From the NCBI GenBank assembly GCA_046335555.1, contig JBKDHA010000169.1, positions 9,048 through 73,047 on the forward strand: DNA of 64,000 nucleotides, given 5' to 3'. A program made the translations under genes and the position numbers. Origin of the DNA: Bacteroidota bacterium. GTDB taxonomy: Bacteria > Bacteroidota > Bacteroidia > Palsa-965. The notes under the pieces were generated by a model that did no database searches, was not told the origin of the DNA, and was given only the letters and a program-made list of their open reading frames with translations. Below, piece by piece: positions 9,586 to 19,128 of this stretch; position 1 is the first letter of the stretch; every line of letters starts with the position of its first letter.

Positions 9586-10107
9586 TCATTTCTTCTGCTG
9601 ATCGGATGCCGGAACTTGTTCCTGCTTCAGTTCAACCGGAATGGTTTTTCTCAGCCCCAGTGTTCCGGCCTTAATCCAGCCTTTCACTTCAACATTTGTC
9701 TGTTTCTGTGCTATAACCTTAATAAGCGCCGGAATGCCGCGAATGACATCAGCTAATTTGGCATTCACTTTTACGCGGTAAACATCTTCTGTTTTGCGTT
9801 TGATTTTTACTTTTTCGTTTACCGAAACTTTGCCCAGCGGAACTCCGCCAATTTTGATGTCGAGTTCTGAGCCGAATAGTGTAAACGCAATGCCGTTCGG
9901 ATTGTCGATTTTCATACCGAGGTCGAGCACTACAATGCCCTGAATCGGATCAAGCTTTAAAAACTTGATGTCTTCAATGCCTTTCGGAATAATTGGTTTC
10001 AAACCACATCCGCTGAGGATGAATACGAGCGGAAACGCAAGCAAAAGTGAAAACCGACGGAGGTTGTGCATGAGCTGAAGTTTATTAATGCGCATCTCTA
10101 AAAACAA
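9586..10107 (-). CDS. Hypothetical lipoprotein (LEA_2-like small beta protein); its 3' end is the right-hand att-like repeat
   Basis: Signal peptide plus lipobox (ILSGCG). 173 aa. The last 10 codons are duplicated at 7373-7403. Confidence 0.6.
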   Translation of the reverse strand: MFLEMRINKLQLMHNLRRFSLLLAFPLVFILSGCGLKPIIPKGIEDIKFLKLDPIQGIVVLDLGMKIDNPNGIAFTLFGSELDIKIGGVPLGKVSVNEKVKIKRKTEDVYRVKVNAKLADVIRGIPALIKVIAQKQTNVEVKGWIKAGTLGLRKTIPVELKQEQVPASDQQKK

Positions 10108-10191
10108 TTTTTATGTTTCCAGAGATGCAGTAAAACGAAAACCGACGCAAGATAGTACCTGCGCCGGTTTTCTAAATGTTAATGATTGCAA

Positions 10192-11586
10192 TTACTTCGG
10201 GTTGTTTACATAATTTTTGTAAAACAGCGGAATGGTTTCAATGCCTTTCAGGTAATTGAAAACACCATAATGCTCGTTGGGCGAGTGCAGCGCATCCGAA
10301 TCAAGGCCAAATCCAAACAAAATTGAATCGAGTCCGAGCACGCTTTTGAAAAGTGCCACAATCGGAATACTGCCGCCGCCGCGGGTTGGAATTGGTTTCT
10401 TGCCGTAAGCTTCTTCCATAGCAGCACTTGCAGCACGGTAAGCAGCCGAATTAGTAGAAACCACAACCGGTTCTCCGCCGTGATGATGCGAAACTTTTAC
10501 TTTAACGCCGGCCGGAGCAATTGCTTTGAAATGCTCGGCAAACTTGTTTGAAATCTCTTCCGAAGTCTGGTTCGGCACAAGACGCATCGAAATTTTCGCA
10601 TAAGCTTTCGACGGAAGAACAGTTTTTGCTCCTTCGCCGGTGTAGCCACCCCAGATGCCGTTTACATCGAGCGTCGGACGTGTGCCGGTGCGCTCAATGG
10701 TGGTGTAGCCTTTTTCGCCTTGAATATCGGCAATGTCGAGATCGCGTTTGTACTCTTCGAGATCAAACGGTGCACGGTTCAGTTCGGCACGGTCTTCGGC
10801 TGAAAGATCGGTTACATTATCGTAAAAACCGGGAATGGTGATGTGGTTATTTTCATCGTGCAGCGAAGCAATCATTTTGCAAAGCACATTCACCGGATTG
10901 GCAACAGCACCGCCGTAAACACCTGAGTGCAGGTCGCGGTTGGGGCCGGTTACTTCCACTTCCATGTATGCAAGACCACGCAGGCCAACATCAATAGAAG
11001 GTGTATCGTTGGCAATGATGGAGGTGTCTGAAATCAGAATCACATCGGCTTTGAGTTTCTCTTTGTGTGCACGCAGAAAATCGCCGAGGTTGGCCGATCC
11101 AACTTCTTCTTCACCTTCAATCATAAACTTCACGTTGCAGGGCAGGGTGTTGGTTTTCAGCATCACCTCAAGCGCCTTAACGTGCATGTACATCTGTCCT
11201 TTATCATCGCACGAGCCGCGGGCGAAAATAGCACCGTCAGGATGCTTATCGGTTTTGCGGATAACCGGCTCAAACGGCGGCGTAGTCCACAATTCCAGCG
11301 GATCCGGGGGCTGCACATCGTAGTGACCGTAAACGAGCACGGTAGGCAGGTGATCGCCCATGCGCTTTTCACCATATACAATCGGATGGCCGGGAGTAGG
11401 AATGATTTCGGCACTGTCGGCACCGGCAGCGAGCAGACTGGCTTTAACAGCATCAGCAGTGCGCTGCACATCGGGCGCATATTTCGGATCAGCACTCACA
11501 GAAGGAATGCGGAGAAGCTCAAACAGTTCGTTCAGGAAACGATCTTTGTTTTGCTGGATATAATCGCTTTGCGTTGACATAGGCAC
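10192..11586 (-). CDS. M20/M25/M40 family metallopeptidase (dipeptidase-like)
   Basis: HYDVQP metal-binding motif, GSCDDKG, and catalytic E (IEGEEE). 464 aa, as in PepV/Sapep-type dipeptidases. Confidence 0.85.
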   Translation of the reverse strand: MPMSTQSDYIQQNKDRFLNELFELLRIPSVSADPKYAPDVQRTADAVKASLLAAGADSAEIIPTPGHPIVYGEKRMGDHLPTVLVYGHYDVQPPDPLELWTTPPFEPVIRKTDKHPDGAIFARGSCDDKGQMYMHVKALEVMLKTNTLPCNVKFMIEGEEEVGSANLGDFLRAHKEKLKADVILISDTSIIANDTPSIDVGLRGLAYMEVEVTGPNRDLHSGVYGGAVANPVNVLCKMIASLHDENNHITIPGFYDNVTDLSAEDRAELNRAPFDLEEYKRDLDIADIQGEKGYTTIERTGTRPTLDVNGIWGGYTGEGAKTVLPSKAYAKISMRLVPNQTSEEISNKFAEHFKAIAPAGVKVKVSHHHGGEPVVVSTNSAAYRAASAAMEEAYGKKPIPTRGGGSIPIVALFKSVLGLDSILFGFGLDSDALHSPNEHYGVFNYLKGIETIPLFYKNYVNNPK

Positions 11587-11767
11587 AAAGATAAGCCGCT
11601 GCGCGGAATTATTAATGTAAAGTGATGAGTGTTGAATGATTGCCGGGCTTCGCCCGGGAGTGTTAAGTGAAAAGTGTAAAGTGGAAAGCGATTTTATGAT
11701 TCGCCTTTGGCGAATAGTTGTTCTTCGCTGCGCTCAGTTCTGCATGTTTTTTCGCTGCGCTCAGTGT

Positions 11768-14266
11768 TTAATAAATCGTTAGTTTTTTTACGCTGCGCGT
11801 TCCGTTTTCGGTGATGCTTACGAAGTAAACACCTTTGGCGAAACCGGAAACATCAATGGTGATGCGTTGTGTGTTGGTTTCGCGTGATGTGTAAACGGCT
11901 GCGCCCTGGAGGTTGGTGATTTCTACAATTATGGGTGTGCCGGGTTGTGCGGTGGTGTTTATGGTTACCTCTGCGTTTGCCGGATTGGGGAACAGCGTGA
12001 AATCATTTTGTGCTGCTGGTGTTTGTGTTGTGCCAAGCGGAGTAGCAAGGTCAATTTCCCAAATGCCGCGGCCATAAGTGCCTGCACGGAGTTTTTGTGT
12101 GGGATAATATATTTCGAGATCCGTTACCGATGTTTTGGGTAAACCGGTTCCCCAACTTTGCCAGGTGTTCGTAAGCGTATCACGCATAAATACACCTGCA
12201 TCTGTTCCCGCATAAACAACTCCTCCGGAACCTTGCTGATAAATAAGTGTATTTACCGGAACATTCGGAAGACCGGTTGTCCAGTTCTGCCAGGTTGTTC
12301 CTCCGTTTATGCTGTGAAATACTTTTGATGTGCTGACATATCCGCCGCGTGTAATCCATACTTCCTGCGTATTTGCGGGGTGAATGGTAATCGAGGTTAT
12401 TGATGCTGTGCCGGGTACAGAAACGGTTGACCAGCTTGCTCCGCGGTTGGTTGTTTTGTATAAATCATTACCCGATGAAACAAATATTGTATTCGGATCT
12501 GATGTTGAAATCATCAGGCATTCCAATGTATTTCCGCCTGCAATATTGCTGCTGATAGCTGTCCATGAATTTCCCTGATTGTTGGTCATCCACACATCAT
12601 CATAACCGGCAATCAACGTCATACGGTCTGAAGGATCAAGCATGTAGGGCGCAACCCAATTGCCGTTTGGTGTTCCGCCCGGAATGTTTGCGCTGATTTC
12701 GTTGTATGTATCATTCTGCCACGCATCGTATGAACGGTAAAGTATGCCGTTTACATAAGTGGTGTAAATGGTGTTGTTGTCAACCGGATCAATAGCTACT
12801 TCCATCGCATCGCCTCCGTTTGTGGCGCGCCACTGATTATTGTTTTCGCGTAAACGACCGCCGTTATCTTGCGTGCCGCCAATCATCATTATCGGATCAG
12901 TTTGCGAAATGGCAATCTTGTAAAATTGAGTAATGATGAGCCCGTCTGAATGATCGGTCCACGTTTCGCTGTTTTCCGCGAAACTGTAAACTCCTCCGTC
13001 GTTGCAGAAAAACAGCATATCAGGATTCATCGGATGAAAAGCTGCATTGCGCTGGTCGGCATGCACTTCGGGAAGCGGCGGATTATTGTACCAGAATGTT
13101 TTCATGGTCCAGTTGGCGCCGCCGTCGGTAGATTGATAGACATGCATGAATCCGCAGTAAATGATGTTTGCATTTACCGGTGAAATGAAGAGAATATCAT
13201 CTTCCGGGCAATCTGAAACATAAGTAAGATTATTGCCGTAGCTGGTAGAAATGTAAAGCGGATTGTTTCCGGTTGATAATTGTACCGCAAGTTTGGCGGG
13301 ATCGGCAGGCGTTACCGCAATGCGTATCCAATTGTAGTTTTGCGCAAACGTGCTGAGCTGTGTCCACGTTGTGCCGCCGTCGGTGCTGCGGAATACTTCG
13401 CTTGAGCCCCAGTAGTCGTGCAGTGCTGCATAAACGTTTGATGTGCCGGGTTCAAATTCAACATCAGAATAGTAACCGGCACGAACAACAGCCCATGAAG
13501 TGCCGCCGTTGGTGGTTTTGTAAAGTCCGGCTGAAGTGGCTGCGTAAATAATTTGCGAATTAGCTGCATCCATGACCATGCCCGAAATGGCACGCCCCTG
13601 CGAAAGCTGCCACGAGAGGCCGGTTGGTGCCCAAGTTGCTCCGCCGTCGGTGCTTTTGTAAATACCAAGACTGTTGTTCCACCAGCCGATATGATCGCCA
13701 ACAGAAATGTAAATTGTATTCGGATTGGTTGGATCAACAAGGCAACTGCCTACGCTTACATACGGCAAAGCATCGGTAAGCGGTGTCCAGGTTTGGCCGG
13801 CATCAGTGGTTTTCCAGAGTCCGCCGATAGGCGCACCTACAAACCATGTATTGGCATTGGTAGGATGAAAAGCAATGCAGGTGGTACGACCCATTCCGTT
13901 GTAGCCGCCATCGGCAACGGTTTGCGAAATGCTGGTCCAACTTGCAGAAACTGCACTGCGCTGATTGCTGCGCATTGCATCTGCTTCGGCCTGAGCTGCG
14001 ACAATATCCGGGAAGTTGCCGTTTTCGTCAACGCGGGTGTGCCAGTACCATTTCCAGCGCTGATAAGCATGATATTCATTGTCTGAAAACGGCGGCGCAT
14101 TTCGCTGCACAGCAACCGGGCCGGGTGTGCTCCAAACGGCATCCGCTTTTTCGCATATCGTGTAGAAATTGTCTGTTGGTGTAACGCCAATACGCTGGCG
14201 GAAATCCTGTGCAGTGGTGTTGAGCGTAACGATACAGCAAAGGAGGAGTGCAACTAGTTTATTCAT
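11768..14266 (-). CDS. BNR/Asp-box repeat glycoside-hydrolase-like beta-propeller protein with T9SS C-terminal sorting domain
   Basis: Signal peptide. Many S-x-D-x-G-x-T-W Asp-box motifs (STDGGATW, TTNGGTSW, STDGGTTW, STDGGANW, SINGGTTW). C-terminal LFPNPANAEVTI...KGVYFVSI...KKLTIY T9SS CTD. Confidence 0.8.
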   Translation of the reverse strand: MNKLVALLLCCIVTLNTTAQDFRQRIGVTPTDNFYTICEKADAVWSTPGPVAVQRNAPPFSDNEYHAYQRWKWYWHTRVDENGNFPDIVAAQAEADAMRSNQRSAVSASWTSISQTVADGGYNGMGRTTCIAFHPTNANTWFVGAPIGGLWKTTDAGQTWTPLTDALPYVSVGSCLVDPTNPNTIYISVGDHIGWWNNSLGIYKSTDGGATWAPTGLSWQLSQGRAISGMVMDAANSQIIYAATSAGLYKTTNGGTSWAVVRAGYYSDVEFEPGTSNVYAALHDYWGSSEVFRSTDGGTTWTQLSTFAQNYNWIRIAVTPADPAKLAVQLSTGNNPLYISTSYGNNLTYVSDCPEDDILFISPVNANIIYCGFMHVYQSTDGGANWTMKTFWYNNPPLPEVHADQRNAAFHPMNPDMLFFCNDGGVYSFAENSETWTDHSDGLIITQFYKIAISQTDPIMMIGGTQDNGGRLRENNNQWRATNGGDAMEVAIDPVDNNTIYTTYVNGILYRSYDAWQNDTYNEISANIPGGTPNGNWVAPYMLDPSDRMTLIAGYDDVWMTNNQGNSWTAISSNIAGGNTLECLMISTSDPNTIFVSSGNDLYKTTNRGASWSTVSVPGTASITSITIHPANTQEVWITRGGYVSTSKVFHSINGGTTWQNWTTGLPNVPVNTLIYQQGSGGVVYAGTDAGVFMRDTLTNTWQSWGTGLPKTSVTDLEIYYPTQKLRAGTYGRGIWEIDLATPLGTTQTPAAQNDFTLFPNPANAEVTINTTAQPGTPIIVEITNLQGAAVYTSRETNTQRITIDVSGFAKGVYFVSITENGTRSVKKLTIY

Positions 14267-14427
14267 ACTGCTAAAGATAATGTAAACAGTATAAATTAGG
14301 TGGAAAACCAGATTAAGAATTTAAAACTGGTCAGGATTTACAAATGAGCGGGTAATATTTGCAATGCCAGAAGATTTGGGAAAAGAAATTGATTTGGTTA
14401 AATTGGCATAGCATCAATTCGTTAATA

Positions 14428-14997
14428 ATGAAATCAAAACTCATTTATGTTGAGGATAAGTCAACTGGTTTAACTGGTGAGGCATGGATCGGGCGTGGGT
14501 TTTACTCGCGTACAGGACAAACTGTTTATTTTAACGGACAAGTATTTCAACGTGTAAAAGGATACAAATACAATCATATTGATATTGAAACAGGTGATGC
14601 CTATTGGATTTCAGGAGTAAAAAAAGATGGCTCAGACCGTTTGTACAACGAACGGGTGCCGATAACAATGGATGAAAGTGTGGTGGGTGAATATCTTGAG
14701 TTTACCGGTTTGAGTACGTTACCTAAAAATAAATTTGTGTTGGAAAAACTCAACAACGTACCTGCAAAGTCGGTTTCAGATGAAGTGTTTAATTCACCAT
14801 ACGAGCCAAGTGCAGAAGCATTGAGTTATATGCCGTTAAATAAATTGTCCGAAGGGGAACTCAAAAAACTTGCCCTGCATTATGAACAGGTAATTGCCGA
14901 TGTGCATAAAAAGGCCAGAAAAAACTGGATCCGTTATTACAACGAAATAATGCAGGAGCTTGAAAAGAGAGAAAAGAGATCTTTACCTGAAGACTAA
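14428..14997 (+). CDS. Hypothetical protein
   Basis: ORF with no recognisable motif. Start moved to MKSKLIYV inside ORF 14359..14997. Confidence 0.4.
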   Translation: MKSKLIYVEDKSTGLTGEAWIGRGFYSRTGQTVYFNGQVFQRVKGYKYNHIDIETGDAYWISGVKKDGSDRLYNERVPITMDESVVGEYLEFTGLSTLPKNKFVLEKLNNVPAKSVSDEVFNSPYEPSAEALSYMPLNKLSEGELKKLALHYEQVIADVHKKARKNWIRYYNEIMQELEKREKRSLPED

Positions 14998-15695
14998 GCT
15001 GCAATTGCACCTGCGGTTTTCCGGCGTGTCCGCAGCCGCTCAAAAATCCACGTCACACCCAGCAGCATAATCAAATTATACATTAAATCATCGGCCGGAA
15101 TTGTCCACATTCTGATGCCCAGATTCTCAGCATCATTGTACCAAACCACAGGCTTTGAAGTAAGAATGCCATTGCAGATAAAAAACGGAATCAGTACAAC
15201 AAGATAACTGAGCCAAAAGCGACTCATCCATTTTGCTTTTTCCACAAAAAGCAAATACCCCATCAACACACCCGAAATCAATCCCGTCCACGAAGTGTAG
15301 TAACGGTCGAAATATACAAGGCCGAGTGTGAAGGCAATGAGCATTACCGTTCCGGTAATCCAACGGTGTACATTGGCAAAATAATCACGCTTGATATACG
15401 CTTCAAGACAGGCGTAAATAAAAATGCAGCAATAGGGAATGGTAATGAAGAAAAGTACTTCTTCGAGCGGGAGATTTACCAGATAATAACCCAACACATA
15501 CTCTGGCGTAAAGCCCCATACGCCCAGTTTGGTGAAGTAAATATCCCAAACCACAAATAAAGCAGCTACAATAATAATAGCAGGGAACAAAAATTTCCAG
15601 CTTCGCCAGAACGCAACTTTTTTATCGAAACTGAGCAGGAACGGAAACGTAAACGCTCCAACATGCAGCATGATATAGGTGAGTTCTGGACGCAT
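14994..15695 (-). CDS. Lycopene cyclase domain-containing protein (CrtY c/d-type)
   Basis: 233-aa polytopic membrane protein with paired PLEE/PxEE-type motifs (NLPLEEVLFF). Lies in a carotenoid cluster. Confidence 0.75.
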   Translation of the reverse strand: MRPELTYIMLHVGAFTFPFLLSFDKKVAFWRSWKFLFPAIIIVAALFVVWDIYFTKLGVWGFTPEYVLGYYLVNLPLEEVLFFITIPYCCIFIYACLEAYIKRDYFANVHRWITGTVMLIAFTLGLVYFDRYYTSWTGLISGVLMGYLLFVEKAKWMSRFWLSYLVVLIPFFICNGILTSKPVVWYNDAENLGIRMWTIPADDLMYNLIMLLGVTWIFERLRTRRKTAGAIAA

Positions 15696-16156
15696 CAGGC
15701 CGATTCTTTGTAACCCTGACGGAAGAAACGCATCGGAACAATGAGCATCCCGAAATTCTCGCCGTCTTCTTTGCCAAGATATTTGTGGTGAATTTTGTGC
15801 GCGCGGCGAATGCCCAGCACATAACGACTATTCCATTTCCGCCAAATTTTGAAGCGCTGATGAATAATTATATCGTGAACAAGAAAATAACACAGTCCGT
15901 AAAGCGCAATACCGATTCCGATAAACAATCTGAAATCGCTGTACATAATTCCTGTCATGAAGCAATAGGCACTGGGAACGGCAAAAATGAGGAAGAACGA
16001 ATCGTTTTTCTCGAACCAGCCTTCTTTACCCTGATGATGATCGCGGTGCAGATACCAGAGGAAGCCGTGCATCACAAATTTATGTGTGAACCACGCCATA
16101 AATTCCATGAAGAAAAATGTGGCGATAACGATGCCGGTATTGATAAGGATGTTCAT
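15695..16156 (-). CDS. crtZ: Beta-carotene hydroxylase (CrtZ; fatty-acid hydroxylase superfamily)
   Basis: 153 aa with histidine boxes HRDHH, HDIIIHQR, HKIHHKY, typical of CrtZ. Confidence 0.8.
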   Translation of the reverse strand: MNILINTGIVIATFFFMEFMAWFTHKFVMHGFLWYLHRDHHQGKEGWFEKNDSFFLIFAVPSAYCFMTGIMYSDFRLFIGIGIALYGLCYFLVHDIIIHQRFKIWRKWNSRYVLGIRRAHKIHHKYLGKEDGENFGMLIVPMRFFRQGYKESA

Positions 16157-16197
16157 TGCAACTACAAATTTGCAGAATTTACGATGGAAAACAGTTT

Positions 16198-16950
16198 TCA
16201 GTTGAAAAAGTTCACAAGATTAAGCACAATAAACAGAAGTGCCTGAAGTACAAAAACGGTAATTGCCAATTTGTTCTCAGGTTTTACACCAAGTGTTATT
16301 CCCATGAGCTGCAGGAAAAAGCCCATAACAAACCACGCAATGTAGTTGCGCACCGGGGCAATGCCGCCATCGAAATACCAGAAGTTGAGTTGTGTTGCCA
16401 GCGGCTCAATCAGCGCATCAAGAAAGGTCATGAGTGCCGCGCCGGCTAATGAGCGCAGCCAAATGTTTTGCGTTATTCCGGCTGCAATTGCGAAACCGCA
16501 AACGGCTGTCATCCACCAGTTCACGGCAATCATAAGCGGCACGCCGCCCGCTGCAATGCCCAAACTTGGGCCGTAGGTGTATTGCCCGAAAATAACACCT
16601 GTGCGAACGCCCATGAGTTCAATGCCGAATCCGGCGGCAGCGCAAAGAATGCTCCAGCGTAAATAAGTGGCATCGGCACCGGGCAGCACGGCTATGAGCA
16701 GCGCGGCATTGAGCAATAAGTTGAGCGGAGTAAGCCGCGGAAACCAATCGGGAAAAAGCAGCATGCCGCCAATGCCCACTGCGGTGAAAATAATGAGCAC
16801 AATGCGGGCATACAGCAAAAAACGGTCGGGGAGAAGCGGGAAATTCAGTTTCACGATGCTGGATAATGTTCTTTGATAAGGCCGGCAGTTATTTTGCCCG
16901 AAAGCAGGCAAAGCGGAATGCCGCCGCCCGGATGTACGCTGCCGCCGCAA
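16198..16950 (-). CDS. Carotenoid biosynthesis membrane protein (PF04240/CruF-like; putative carotenoid 1,2-hydratase family)
   Basis: About 7-TM hydrophobic protein between crtD-like and crtZ. The annotated ORF overlaps the upstream gene by about 100 bp, so the real start is probably internal or non-ATG. Confidence 0.5.
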   Translation of the reverse strand: MRRQRTSGRRHSALPAFGQNNCRPYQRTLSSIVKLNFPLLPDRFLLYARIVLIIFTAVGIGGMLLFPDWFPRLTPLNLLLNAALLIAVLPGADATYLRWSILCAAAGFGIELMGVRTGVIFGQYTYGPSLGIAAGGVPLMIAVNWWMTAVCGFAIAAGITQNIWLRSLAGAALMTFLDALIEPLATQLNFWYFDGGIAPVRNYIAWFVMGFFLQLMGITLGVKPENKLAITVFVLQALLFIVLNLVNFFN

Positions 16951-18320
16951 AAGTACAGACCCTTTACCGAATCCGAAAAATTGCGGTGCCTGAGAAATGC
17001 GGCCATTTTTGAATTGGAGGCATTACCATAAAGCGAACCGCGAAACGATGAGGTCATTTCTTCGATGCCCTGCGGTGTCCACACGGTTTCCTGCTCAATA
17101 AGCGGCGCAATATCGGTACCGAGCAGATGGTTAAGTTTCTGTAAAATATTTTTTCGTGCTTCGGCAATGCGTGCTTCCCAGTTGCCGCCATCGTGGTTGG
17201 GCACATTTACCATTACAAACCAGTTTTCGCAACCTTCGGGCGCATCGTCTGGTTTTTCTTTTGAGGTGATGTTGATGTACACTGTTGGATCGCTGAACAG
17301 AGTGCGCGCTTCGAAAAGTGTTTTGAACTCGGCGCGGTAATCGGCTGCGAAAAAAATATTGTGCAGATGCAATTCAGGAAAGCTGTGTTTGATGCCCCAG
17401 TAAAAAATAAGTGCCGATGATGATTTTTCCTGTTTCAGTAATTTCTCCGGCGCTTTTAAATCGGGCAGGAGTTTGCGGTAAGTCGGCGTCATATCCATAT
17501 TACTCACCACAAGGTCTGCATCAATAATTCCGTCTGCAGTGCGTACGCCGCAAGCTTTTCCGTTCTTCACAATAATTTCTTCGGCGCGTGTGTTGAAACT
17601 GAACTGCACATTTTGCCGCAAGGCCAGTTCATAAATGCTGCGCGTAATATCGAACATGCCGCGCAGCGGAAAGAATGCTCCGATACCATGTTCGATATGC
17701 GGAATAATGTGCAGCATAGCCGGTGCGCGGTACGGATCGGAGCCGTTGTAGGTGGCAAAACGGTTAAAGTATTGCACCAACCGCGAATCGCTGAGTTTGC
17801 TGGTGTTGAGCTGATGCAGTGTGCTGCCGAGTTTGTAGAACGGCAAACGCAGCAGGGCTTTGAATGTGTCGCGGTCGAGAAAGTTGCGGAGTTCCAGGCT
17901 GCGCTCCATAAACAGCCGGCCGGTAAGCTCGTATAATTTTTCGCTGCGGTCGAGATGCGCAAACAATGCAGCCGGATCTGTATTCAGTTTCTGGCTGATT
18001 TCTTTTGCAAACTCTTCACGCGAGGCGCGGGCATGAAAGCGGGTGCCATCTTCGTAAAAGTAGGCGCAGTTGACAGTAAGTTTTTTGTAGAGAAACTGCG
18101 CCGGATCTTCGCCGCAAAGTTCAAACAGCTCGGTCACATACTGCGGCATGGTAAACAGCGATGGCCCGCGATCGAACCGGTAAGCACCAAGCCGGAACTC
18201 ACTGAGTTTTCCGCCCGGCCCTGCGGCGGCTTCAAGCACGGTAACTTCATGCCCGGCCACGGCCAGCCGCACTGCTGCCGATAGCCCTGCAATTCCGCTG
18301 CCGATGATGATTGCTTTCAT
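16851..18320 (-). CDS. Phytoene desaturase family FAD oxidoreductase (CrtI/CrtD-like carotenoid desaturase)
   Basis: N-terminal FAD-binding motif (IIGSGIAGLSAAVRLAVAGHEVTVLEA). 489 aa. C-terminal CrtI-family motif (YFCGGSVHPGGGIP). Confidence 0.85.
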   Translation of the reverse strand: MKAIIIGSGIAGLSAAVRLAVAGHEVTVLEAAAGPGGKLSEFRLGAYRFDRGPSLFTMPQYVTELFELCGEDPAQFLYKKLTVNCAYFYEDGTRFHARASREEFAKEISQKLNTDPAALFAHLDRSEKLYELTGRLFMERSLELRNFLDRDTFKALLRLPFYKLGSTLHQLNTSKLSDSRLVQYFNRFATYNGSDPYRAPAMLHIIPHIEHGIGAFFPLRGMFDITRSIYELALRQNVQFSFNTRAEEIIVKNGKACGVRTADGIIDADLVVSNMDMTPTYRKLLPDLKAPEKLLKQEKSSSALIFYWGIKHSFPELHLHNIFFAADYRAEFKTLFEARTLFSDPTVYINITSKEKPDDAPEGCENWFVMVNVPNHDGGNWEARIAEARKNILQKLNHLLGTDIAPLIEQETVWTPQGIEEMTSSFRGSLYGNASNSKMAAFLRHRNFSDSVKGLYFCGGSVHPGGGIPLCLLSGKITAGLIKEHYPAS

Positions 18321-18699
18321 ACTGCGATGTTACACAAAACCGCAGGAGGAACAGTTGAAAGCAGGAAATGTTTTTTGATGCCCCAAGCACAATGCTTTTG
18401 CGTGAGGGATGGAGGCGGCAGCTTTTGGGCGGGCTTCGTCGCGCTGCTTTCCCCACGCCCCGGCGGCGCGCCGAAGCCCGCAGAAAACTATAGCCGACAG
18501 CCCGCCCCTGCTGCAAATTCGATGTCCGGCGAAGCCGTTTGCAAATGCAGCAGGGGCACGCCCCAAAGAGAGCTATTGATTTGTCTGCTCTTTTTTCAAT
18601 GTTATTAATAGCAATGTACTTCAGCTATGAGATGTGTGAAAGGAAACTCGGTATTCGCTCTCCACTTTCCATTCAACACTCAACATTAATAATTCAACA

Positions 18700-19128
18700 T
18701 TACTTCTTCGTCTGTTCCTGCGTTTGCTTTGCACTCAACTCCTCAATCACTTTTTCATAAATCTTGTCTAAAACCTCTGGCTGAGCAGCATACCATTGCA
18801 TACTGCTTTCGTATTGTTGCAGCGTAACGCCGTGCTTTTTGAAAATATCGTAATACGGCATTGGCTTGGTGCCAATATTTTCGGGAACGGTTGGCATGGG
18901 CTGTCCGGTTTGCGGATTCATGCCCGGGCGTTTGGGACGCGCCTGACTGTAAAGCGGGCTGCGCATGCCCAGCGCGGCTTCCATGAGATGCACATCGGCC
19001 AAAACCTGCACCATTTTTTCTTCGGCAATAAGGTTTTCGGGCTCGGGCGGAAGTTTCGGGCCTTCGGGTTCTGAACAGCCGAAGGCCAGCAGCAGCGCAA
19101 GAAATAAACAGACTGTGCGTAAACTCAT
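18700..19128 (-). CDS. Hypothetical lipoprotein
   Basis: Signal peptide plus lipobox (LLLAFGCSE). 142 aa. Confidence 0.5.
   Translation of the reverse strand: MSLRTVCLFLALLLAFGCSEPEGPKLPPEPENLIAEEKMVQVLADVHLMEAALGMRSPLYSQARPKRPGMNPQTGQPMPTVPENIGTKPMPYYDIFKKHGVTLQQYESSMQWYAAQPEVLDKIYEKVIEELSAKQTQEQTKK

Larger units (their letters stand above)
7373..9620. mobile_element. Putative integrated islet (about 2.2 kb, AT-rich) flanked by imperfect 31-bp direct repeats (7373-7403 and 9590-9620) duplicating the 3' end of the lipoprotein gene 9586..10107
   Basis: The two repeats match at about 28 of 31 positions (ttcttctgctgatcRgatgccggMacttgtt). Both encode ...QVPASDQQKK plus a stop on the minus strand, with only synonymous differences. 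The interior has low GC and carries two accessory genes. No recombinase is present. Confidence 0.5.

Noticed and set aside
18247-18760. Four overlapping 70-90-aa ORFs on both strands in the GC-rich tract
   Set aside because: They are mutually overlapping with Arg/Ala/Gly-rich translations typical of random GC-rich sequence. The tract is more plausibly a structured non-coding region.
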